Notes under the pieces: generated by a model
Databases searched by the model: none
The model's input: the letters and a program-made list of their open reading frames with translations, nothing else
What the model was told of the DNA's origin: nothing
Made by a program: the position numbers and the translations under genes
Source of the DNA: Thermodesulfobacteriota bacterium
GTDB lineage: Bacteria > Desulfobacterota > Desulfobulbia > Desulfobulbales > SURF-16
Assembly: GCA_049323655.1 (NCBI GenBank)
Contig: JBMONO010000034.1
Coordinates: 113,653 to 177,652 of the forward strand
Length of the DNA: 64,000 nucleotides
Direction: 5' to 3'
In this document: piece after piece, positions 48,037 through 55,202 of the stretch
How positions within the stretch are numbered: the stretch's first letter is position 1
How the letters are laid out: the number at the start of each line of letters is the position of its first letter

Positions 48037-48621
48037 ATGGGGAAAAAACTGGAAAAGATGCTCCAGGAAAAACGCGATGAGATCCTGGAAAAGTGGGAAA
48101 CCAGCGTGTTGAGCTGCTATGCGCCGGACACCATCCGTATTTTCAAGCAGCAGCAGAATCAGTTTGCCAATCCAATCGGCTATAAAACCCGGACCGGTCT
48201 GGCCGAACTCTTCGATGTCCTCTGTGACGGCAGTGAGGAGGAGGTGCTGACTCCCCACCTGCAGGAACTGGTCAAGGTTCGCGCCGTGCAGAAGATATCC
48301 GCGACCGACGCCGTTGCTTTTGTTTTCAAGCTCAAAGAGATCGTCCGCGACCTGCTCGGCAAAAAAGGGGTGACCGAGGCCTACAAGGAGTGGCTGGCCT
48401 TTGAGGCACGAGTCGACGCGGCGGCATTGGCGATTTTCAATATGTACGTTGACAGCAGGGAACAGCTTTATCTGGTGCGGATCAATGAGTTCAAACAGAA
48501 TCGGCACATTCTGGCCGACGGCTCCGTCTGCCCGTCCAAACTTCTGCGCAGCAAGCAGGAGCTGCCGATGGCGGCAGACGATCCGGTGACGCTTGCCGCC
48601 CAGGGCAACAGCGCAGGTTGA
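48037..48621 (+). CDS. Hypothetical helical protein upstream of dsrM (possibly RsbRD N-terminal-domain-like)
   Basis: 194 aa, soluble. N-terminus KRDEILEKWETSVLSCY. Family assignment is from memory only. Confidence 0.4.
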   Translation: MGKKLEKMLQEKRDEILEKWETSVLSCYAPDTIRIFKQQQNQFANPIGYKTRTGLAELFDVLCDGSEEEVLTPHLQELVKVRAVQKISATDAVAFVFKLKEIVRDLLGKKGVTEAYKEWLAFEARVDAAALAIFNMYVDSREQLYLVRINEFKQNRHILADGSVCPSKLLRSKQELPMAADDPVTLAAQGNSAG

Positions 48622-48733
48622 GAGGGCGGTCCGCGGCTTGCCGCGGGCTGATAAAATTGAGGCTCCGCATCCTGCCGACCGGCAGTCGGTGCGGGAATGT
48701 AAACACATTTAACGTGAGGCGAGGTAACGGTAA

Positions 48734-49729
48734 ATGAGAGTCCTGTATCCCTTCATTGCAGTCTTAGCACTGATCGCGGTTGCCTTCTTGGGAGGGAAGG
48801 TAACGGGTCTGCAGTATCTGTTGGGGGTGGTGCTACCCTACCTGGCATTCGGTGTGTTCATTGTCGGTTTTGTCAACCGGGTCGTGCAGTGGGCAAAATC
48901 ACCGGTGCCATTCCGGATTCCGACGACATGCGGGCAGGAGAAATCGCTGCCTTGGATCAAGCGGAACAGGTTTGAATGTCCGCACACCAAGCTGGAGGTG
49001 GCAGTGCGAATGTTCCTGGAAATCGTGCTGTTCAGGTCTCTGTTCCGCAACACCAAGGCGGAGATCCATGACGGGCCGAAACTGGTGTACGGCTCCAGCA
49101 AATTTCTTTGGCTCTTTGCCCTGCTCTTTCACTACTCCTTTCTGGTCATCGTTCTTCGCCACCTGCGGCTCTTTACCGAGCCCATTCCCTTTTTCGTCCC
49201 CCTGATCGAGTTTGCCGACGGCATGCTGCAGATCGGCGCCCCGCGTCTCTATCAAACCGACATCATCTTTCTCGGGGCCCTGGCCTTCCTTTTCCTTCGC
49301 CGGGTGTCGCTGCGGCAGATCCGCTACATTTCCCTGCCGGCCGATTATTTTCCGCTCTTTCTCATCTTCGCCATCGGCGTCACCGGTCTGCTGATGCGGT
49401 ATGTCTACCGGGTGGACATCGCTGCGGTGAAGATGATCACCGCTGGGTTGGCCTCCTTTTCCCCGACCCTGCCGGAAGGCATTCACCCGATCTTCTTCAT
49501 CCATGTCGCCCTGGTGTGCACATTGATGATCTACTTCCCGTTCAGTAAGCTGATGCACATGGGCGGCGTCTTTTTGAGCCCGACCCGCAACATGTCCAAC
49601 AACAGCCGTGAGGTACGGCACATCAACCCGTGGAACGATCCGGCAATCAAGCCCCATTCTTATGCGGCCTACGAAGATGAGTTCAGAGAATTCATGAAAG
49701 GTGCCGACATCCCAGTGGAAAAGGAATAA
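48734..49729 (+). CDS. dsrM: DsrM, membrane di-heme b subunit (NarI-like) of the DsrMKJOP complex
   Basis: 331 aa polytopic NarI-like protein, immediately upstream of dsrK. Confidence 0.9.
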   Translation: MRVLYPFIAVLALIAVAFLGGKVTGLQYLLGVVLPYLAFGVFIVGFVNRVVQWAKSPVPFRIPTTCGQEKSLPWIKRNRFECPHTKLEVAVRMFLEIVLFRSLFRNTKAEIHDGPKLVYGSSKFLWLFALLFHYSFLVIVLRHLRLFTEPIPFFVPLIEFADGMLQIGAPRLYQTDIIFLGALAFLFLRRVSLRQIRYISLPADYFPLFLIFAIGVTGLLMRYVYRVDIAAVKMITAGLASFSPTLPEGIHPIFFIHVALVCTLMIYFPFSKLMHMGGVFLSPTRNMSNNSREVRHINPWNDPAIKPHSYAAYEDEFREFMKGADIPVEKE

Positions 49730-49734
49730 GGAAA

Positions 49735-51360
49735 ATGGCGATTCCAAAAGCAAATCAATTAGGTGTGAGTGTGGTAAGGGAGCCATCCCTTATGACCGGC
49801 GCCATCCCGAAAGAGGATTGGATGGATGTGCCGGCGGTTTTCAGGGAGGGCAATTTCTGTTACCCGGCAAAGAAATCCATTGTCGAATATCATAAGTTTC
49901 CGAACCCGCGCGAGTGGAGCCCCGATCAGGACGACTGGAAACTGCCGGAAGGCTGGGAAGAGATCATCCTGAAAGGCCTCAAGGAACGGCTCGACAAGTT
50001 CCGTTCCCTGCGCCTGTTCATGGACATCTGTGTCCGTTGCGGCGCCTGCGCCGACAAGTGCCACTTCTTCCTCGGCACCGGCGACCCGAAAAACATGCCG
50101 GTGCTGCGGGCCGAACTGCTGCGCTCGGTTTACCGTAACGACTTCACCACCGCCGGCAAGCTGCTCGGCAAGATGGCCGGCGGCCGGCCCATGACCTTCG
50201 GCGTGCTGAAGGAATGGTTCATGTACGCTTATCAGTGCACGGAATGTCGGCGCTGTTCGGTCTTCTGCCCCTACGGCATCGACACCGCCGAGGTGACCAT
50301 GATGCTGCGCGAGCTGCTCCACCTGGTCGGGGTCGGCACCAACTGGATCCTCGAGCCGGCGGCCAACTCGAACCGCACCGGCAACCACATGGGCCTCCAG
50401 CCCCATACCTTCAAGGACAACATCGGCTACCTGTGCGACGATATCGAGACCATCACCGGCATCAAGATCACCCCGACCTTTAACCGGAAGGGTGCCGAGG
50501 TGCTTTTCATCACCCCGTCGGCCGATGTCTTCGCCGATCCGGGCATTTACACCGCCATGGGCTACCTGCTGCTCTTTGAGCACATCGGCCTTGATTATAC
50601 CTGGTCGACCTATGCCTCAGAGGGCGGCAACTTCGGTCTCTTCACTTCGAACGAGATGATGAAGAAGCTCAACGCCAAGCAGTACGCCGAGGCCAAGCGG
50701 CTCGGGGTCAAGTGGATCCTCGGCGGCGAGTGCGGCCACATGTGGCGGGTGCTCCATCAGTACATGGACACCATGAACGGGCCGGCCGATTTCCTTGAGG
50801 TGCCGAAATCGCCGATCACCAACACGGTGTTCGACAACGCCGCCTCCACCAAGATGATCCATATCAGCGAGTTTACCGCTGACCTGATCAGAAACAACAA
50901 GCTCAAAATCGATCCGACCCGCAATGCCCACCGCATCCCCACCTGGCACGACTCCTGTAACACGGCCCGCGCCATGGGTCTGCTCGAGGAGCCGCGCTAC
51001 ATCCTTGACCACGTTGTTCCCAAATGGCACGAGATGCCGGAAAACACCATCCGGGAAAAGACCTTTTGCTGCGGCTCCGGCACCGGCCTCAACACCGGCG
51101 AGATCATGGAACTCCGCATGCGTTCCGGTCTGCCCAGGGCCAATGCGGTGCGTCACGTCGCCGACCGCTTCGGGGTCAACACCCTGGCCTGTGTCTGCGC
51201 CATCGACCGCGCCACCCTGTCGGCTCTGATGGATTATTGGAACCCGGATGTCAAGGTGTGCGGTCTTTCGGAACTGGTGGGTAACTCGCTCATCATGGAC
51301 GGCGAAAAAGTCAGGGAAACGGATCTGCGTTTTGATCCCCTGGTAGGAATGGAGGGATAA
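49735..51360 (+). CDS. dsrK: DsrK, HdrD-like catalytic Fe-S subunit
   Basis: 541 aa. Ferredoxin-type clusters (CVRCGACADKC, CTECRRCSVFCP) and CCG-domain cysteines (FCCGSGTG). Confidence 0.92.
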   Translation: MAIPKANQLGVSVVREPSLMTGAIPKEDWMDVPAVFREGNFCYPAKKSIVEYHKFPNPREWSPDQDDWKLPEGWEEIILKGLKERLDKFRSLRLFMDICVRCGACADKCHFFLGTGDPKNMPVLRAELLRSVYRNDFTTAGKLLGKMAGGRPMTFGVLKEWFMYAYQCTECRRCSVFCPYGIDTAEVTMMLRELLHLVGVGTNWILEPAANSNRTGNHMGLQPHTFKDNIGYLCDDIETITGIKITPTFNRKGAEVLFITPSADVFADPGIYTAMGYLLLFEHIGLDYTWSTYASEGGNFGLFTSNEMMKKLNAKQYAEAKRLGVKWILGGECGHMWRVLHQYMDTMNGPADFLEVPKSPITNTVFDNAASTKMIHISEFTADLIRNNKLKIDPTRNAHRIPTWHDSCNTARAMGLLEEPRYILDHVVPKWHEMPENTIREKTFCCGSGTGLNTGEIMELRMRSGLPRANAVRHVADRFGVNTLACVCAIDRATLSALMDYWNPDVKVCGLSELVGNSLIMDGEKVRETDLRFDPLVGMEG

Positions 51361-51364
51361 TTTT

Positions 51365-51760
51365 ATGTACGATAAAGGGAAAATTATTCCCGGCCTGATT
51401 ATTTTCGTCGGCCTGATGTTGTTTGCCATCTTCAACAACGCCGGGAAGAAAGTGGAGGCGCCCAAGGTTGAAAAACCGGTCGGGTACAAGGAATGTGTGA
51501 AGCCGGTCAAGTACATGAAGGAATCACACATGGAACTGCTCAATGTATGGCGCGATGAAGTCATCCGTGAGGGAAAACGCGAAATGATTGAAGTTGAGGG
51601 CAAACTGTACGAGAAAAGCCTGCAGAACGGCTGTATGCATTGCCATACCAGCAAGAAGAAATTCTGTGATGTTTGCCATACCTTTGCTTCTGTGTATCCA
51701 TACTGCTGGGACTGCCATATCGCACCACTGGCGGACAAGGCACTTGAGGAGGCGAAATAA
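51365..51760 (+). CDS. dsrJ: DsrJ, periplasmic tri-heme cytochrome c
   Basis: 131 aa. N-terminal membrane anchor. Three CxxCH motifs (CMHCH, CDVCH, CWDCH). Confidence 0.88.
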   Translation: MYDKGKIIPGLIIFVGLMLFAIFNNAGKKVEAPKVEKPVGYKECVKPVKYMKESHMELLNVWRDEVIREGKREMIEVEGKLYEKSLQNGCMHCHTSKKKFCDVCHTFASVYPYCWDCHIAPLADKALEEAK

Positions 51761-52602
51761 TGGACAGCTCACGAAGAACATTCCTGAAGATCGCCGGGAT
51801 TTCCGCAGTGGCAGGCGTTGCCGCTCCGGCTGCCCTGAACATGCTGATGAATAAAAACGCCCAGGCCTCGGCCGGCGGCGGCCACGGCGCTCCGGCTGCC
51901 GGCGGCCATGGCGGCCATGGTGAACCGGTTCCCACCGGCAAGCGGTACGGTCTGGTCATCGATGCCCGGAAATTTCATGAAACACCCGGGCTGGCAGAGA
52001 AGTGCATCGAGGCCTGTCACACCTATCATAACGTTCCGGACTTCGGCAACAAGAAGGACGAGATCAAGTGGATCTGGCAGGAACCCTTCATCAACACCTT
52101 CCCGGACGAAAGCCATTACAAGAAGGACGAGCAGATACTCGCCATGAAGTTTCTGGTTACCTGCAACCACTGCGACAATCCGCCCTGCGTGCGTGCCTGC
52201 CCGACCAAGGCAACCTTCAGGAACGAGGACGGGGTGGTCATGATGGACTTTCATCGCTGCATCGGTTGCCGCTTCTGTATGGCCGCCTGTCCGTATGGTT
52301 CACGCAGCTTCAACTGGCGTGATCCGCGAGGATCGCAGGATGGCGTTCCTTTCATCAAGAACCTGGAACCCAAGTTTCCCACCAGGATGCGCGGTGTCGT
52401 CGAGAAGTGCAGTTTCTGCGCCCATCGGCTGGCGCACAATCAACTGCCTCTCTGCGTCGAGGCATGTGGAGATACGAAGGCTATGGTCTTTGGTGACATG
52501 AACGATCCGAACTCCGAGGTATCCCAGGTGCTGCGGTCGCGGTTCACCATTCAACGGAAACCCTCCTTGGGCACCAAGCCCTCGGTCTTTTACATCATCT
52601 AA
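51760..52602 (+). CDS. dsrO: DsrO, periplasmic Fe-S subunit (Tat-exported)
   Basis: Twin-arginine signal SRRTFLK. Multiple ferredoxin Cys clusters (CNHCDNPPCVRACP, CIGCRFCMAACP). Confidence 0.9.
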   Translation: MDSSRRTFLKIAGISAVAGVAAPAALNMLMNKNAQASAGGGHGAPAAGGHGGHGEPVPTGKRYGLVIDARKFHETPGLAEKCIEACHTYHNVPDFGNKKDEIKWIWQEPFINTFPDESHYKKDEQILAMKFLVTCNHCDNPPCVRACPTKATFRNEDGVVMMDFHRCIGCRFCMAACPYGSRSFNWRDPRGSQDGVPFIKNLEPKFPTRMRGVVEKCSFCAHRLAHNQLPLCVEACGDTKAMVFGDMNDPNSEVSQVLRSRFTIQRKPSLGTKPSVFYII

Positions 52603-52613
52603 GGTGATCCGAT

Positions 52614-53795
52614 ATGTTAGAAAAATCGCTCAAAGGTAACGTGGGATACTGGGCCTGGGTTCTGCTCCTGCTCAGTGTCATTGGCGTGGGCGTCATCTGC
52701 TATGTTGTCCAGTTCAATTACGGTCTTGGCGCCACCGGCATGAGCCGGGACGTGACCTGGGGGGTTTACATCTCCCAATTCACCTTCCTCGTTGGTGTCG
52801 CTGCCGGTGGTCTGATGCTGGTGCTGCCCTACTATCTTCATCACTACAAGGAATTCGGTCGGATCACCATTCTCGGTGAGTTCATGGCCATTGCCGCTGT
52901 CGCCATGTGTCTGCTCTTCATCATGGCCGATCTCGGTCAGCCCATGCGGGCGCTCAACGTGGTCCTTCACCCGACCCCGAACTCCATGCTGTTTTACGAC
53001 ATGATCGTTTTGAACGGCTACCTGCTGCTCAACATCATCTGTGGTTGGGTCATTCTTCACTCGGAGTACAAGGGCATCAAGTATCCTTCCTGGGTCAAGC
53101 CCTTTATTTACATCTCCATCCCCTGGGCCGTCAGTATCCACACCGTCACCGCCTTTCTGTACTGCGGTCTGCCCGGCCGCCATTTCTGGCTTACCGCCAT
53201 TCTGGCCCCTCGCTTTCTCGCCTCCGCCTTTGCCGCCGGTCCTTGCCTGCTGATGGTAATCGCATTGATCATGAAGCAGGTGACGAAGTTTGACGTCGGC
53301 CAGAAGGCGCAGGACAAGCTGGTGACCATTATCGGTTACGCCGCTATACTGAACTTCTTCTTTCTCGGCTGTGAGATGTTTGTCGCCTACTACAGCCAGA
53401 TCCCCGGGCACATGCATACCCTCGACTACCTGTTCTGGGGCCTGACCGATCACACCACCGGTGAGGTCTACAATAATCTGGTGCCCTTTATGCGCGCCTC
53501 GGTGGTCATGGGTTTTGCCGGCATCGGCCTCATTTTTGTCGCCCGCAACAAAAAATCGGACGGACTGCTTGCCCTCTCCTGTATCCTGATCTTTGTTTCC
53601 TTCTGGATCGATAAGGGGCTTGGGCTGGTGCTCGGGGGTTTTGTGCCGAACGGTCTTGAGCAGATCACCGAGTATTACCCAACCGCGGTGGAGCTCGGTA
53701 TTACCGCCGGTATCTGGGCGACCGGTTTTCTGATCATCACCGTGCTTTACAAAGTGGCGATATCCGTCAAGCTGGAAAACGAGAAAACTGCCTAA
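52614..53795 (+). CDS. dsrP: DsrP, NrfD/PsrC-like integral membrane subunit
   Basis: 393 aa with about 10 TM segments. Last gene of the dsrMKJOP order. Confidence 0.9.
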   Translation: MLEKSLKGNVGYWAWVLLLLSVIGVGVICYVVQFNYGLGATGMSRDVTWGVYISQFTFLVGVAAGGLMLVLPYYLHHYKEFGRITILGEFMAIAAVAMCLLFIMADLGQPMRALNVVLHPTPNSMLFYDMIVLNGYLLLNIICGWVILHSEYKGIKYPSWVKPFIYISIPWAVSIHTVTAFLYCGLPGRHFWLTAILAPRFLASAFAAGPCLLMVIALIMKQVTKFDVGQKAQDKLVTIIGYAAILNFFFLGCEMFVAYYSQIPGHMHTLDYLFWGLTDHTTGEVYNNLVPFMRASVVMGFAGIGLIFVARNKKSDGLLALSCILIFVSFWIDKGLGLVLGGFVPNGLEQITEYYPTAVELGITAGIWATGFLIITVLYKVAISVKLENEKTA

Positions 53796-53820
53796 TCGAC
53801 GCTATCGGATTCAAGCTGAT

Positions 53821-53861
53821 AAAAAACCGGAACAGGCCTGCTGGTCTGTTCCGGTTTTTTT
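53821..53861 (+). terminator. Rho-independent terminator after dsrP
   Basis: AACCGGAACAG / CTGTTCCGGTT stem followed by T7. Confidence 0.8.
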
Positions 53862-53919
53862 ATGCGATGGCACGAATTGTTTGCACTCTTCGATGCGGCA
53901 GCGCAAAATAAAAAAAAGG

Positions 53920-53947
53920 TTGACAAATTTTTTTCAAATGATAATCT
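53920..53947 (+). promoter_or_regulatory. Sigma-70-type promoter with extended -10
   Basis: TTGACA (53920-53925), a 16-nt spacer, then TGaTAATCT. The 15-mer TTGACAAATTTTTTT is identical to the one upstream of yedE. Confidence 0.45.
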
Positions 53948-53986
53948 TTCCTAAAAATAACAAAACCTACCGATGAGGAAAACAAA

Positions 53987-54217
53987 ATGACTTGCGCATG
54001 TCAAAAAAAAGATCAACTATCTTCAGAAAACAAAACAATTCTTGCCGCCATCTCGGCTATCGGCGGCCCGTGTGGCAGCAAGGAGATCGCCGAAAAAGCA
54101 GGACTTGATGGCAAAACAGTAACTAACAACCTGAAAAACCTTAAAAAATGCGGATTAATCGACAGCCCGGTGCGGTGTAAATATGCCATCACCGCTGCTG
54201 GCCAGTCTGCCCTCTAA
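53987..54217 (+). CDS. Small winged-helix (MarR/ArsR-like) DNA-binding protein
   Basis: 76 aa. wHTH-like SKEIAEKAGLDGKTVTNNLKNLKKCGLI. N-terminal CAC. Confidence 0.5.
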   Translation: MTCACQKKDQLSSENKTILAAISAIGGPCGSKEIAEKAGLDGKTVTNNLKNLKKCGLIDSPVRCKYAITAAGQSAL

Positions 54218-54241
54218 TCCCCGTATCCCGAGGTTGCTATC

Positions 54242-54571
54242 ATGCAGATACAGATTGATAAAAACGTCGTTGAGATGATGCCTGAAAACAACGATGAAAC
54301 CGCGGCCCTGAACGCGTTGTGGCGCATCATGGTTGACTGCATGGGTGAGAACAAGATGCTCAACCCCATCGGTGAATATATCCCGGAAAAGAAGAATCTT
54401 GCCCGTTTCGTCATTGAAGGGGTGCCGGGCGGTATCACCGAACGGGCCGTCGAACAGAGTGCGGCGACAGACGCTACCTACCTCTGCGCCATTTGTAACA
54501 AGTACATGAAGGTCAAGGCCGGCGAAAATCTGCCGATGTGCTGCGGCAGAATCATGGAAAATATCGACTGA
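54242..54571 (+). CDS. Hypothetical protein with C-terminal Cys knuckles
   Basis: 109 aa. C-terminal CAICNKY-x14-PMCCG suggests a zinc/iron-binding ribbon. No family recognised. Confidence 0.45.
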   Translation: MQIQIDKNVVEMMPENNDETAALNALWRIMVDCMGENKMLNPIGEYIPEKKNLARFVIEGVPGGITERAVEQSAATDATYLCAICNKYMKVKAGENLPMCCGRIMENID

Positions 54572-54629
54572 TACACGGTTGTTGAATGGAAACCAGAGGA
54601 AATGACTCTAAGCAGACAAGGAGGAGAAC

Positions 54630-54794
54630 ATGGCAAAATCAGACAAGTATGAGTGTCCCTGTGGTTATGTCTATGATCCGGCAGAAGGAGATTTCGAGCA
54701 TGGCGTCGAACCGGGTACCGCCTTCGAGGATCTGCCCGCGGATTGGGTATGCCCTAAATGCGGGGCTGAAAAGGAATATTTCAACAAGGTGTGA
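54630..54794 (+). CDS. rub: Rubredoxin (54 aa; absent from the ORF track)
   Basis: ATG 54630 behind AAGGAGGAG. Translation: [54 protein letters not shown]. Canonical rubredoxin core, except that the first knuckle is C-P-C-G. Confidence 0.85.
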   Translation: MAKSDKYECPCGYVYDPAEGDFEHGVEPGTAFEDLPADWVCPKCGAEKEYFNKV

Positions 54795-54940
54795 GCGACC
54801 GGCGGGGTCACTCATGCTGTGAGAACCATGAAAGTCCGTTGCTGCGGGAATGTGCCGCCCGCACCGGCTTTTAGGAGAACGGCCGGCGAAGCCGTAACCA
54901 GATTCGCCACATGCTTCACTCTCTTTTTTCCCTCTCTCTC

Positions 54941-54976
54941 AGAAGGCGTCGGGTAACCGACGCCTTCTCCTTTTCC
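54941..54976 (+). terminator. Rho-independent terminator downstream of rubredoxin
   Basis: 12-bp stem AGAAGGCGTCGG / CCGACGCCTTCT, GTAA loop, then CCTTTTCC. Confidence 0.7.
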
Positions 54977-55202
54977 GCTTCTCATTCCACCAGGACTCAC
55001 GGTCCATCCCGGCTTTCCCCTTGACAGACCGGCCGTCACATTATAAGCAGAGGGATGATGTGCACAGGGCCGCCGATCGTCAGGAGACCGTCAGGCCCTG
55101 CCGCATCGGCAGGCAACGACCTGCCTTTTCCCCTGTCGGGCCTCGCGCGCTCGGCAGTCATCTCACCGTGCCCCGGCGGCACGAATCGGACCGGAACGGC
55201 TT

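Noticed and set aside
54828-54956. 42-codon ORF (MKVRCCGNVPPAP...) between the rubredoxin and its terminator. Also the minus-strand 75-aa ORF at 54812..55039.
   Set aside because: It has no ribosome-binding site, its stop codon falls inside the terminator loop, and its composition is not protein-like. This is probably 3' UTR.
54976-55202. Possible known riboswitch or T-box in the cysK-cysRS leader. GCACAGGGC resembles a stretch of the Vc2 c-di-GMP-I aptamer, and AGGAG...CAGGC...CAACG is faintly SAH-like.
   Set aside because: The other invariant blocks of those classes are absent, such as GACGCAAAGCC, the T-box GGTGGTACCGCG and the SAH pseudoknot partners. I can only report generic alternative hairpins.
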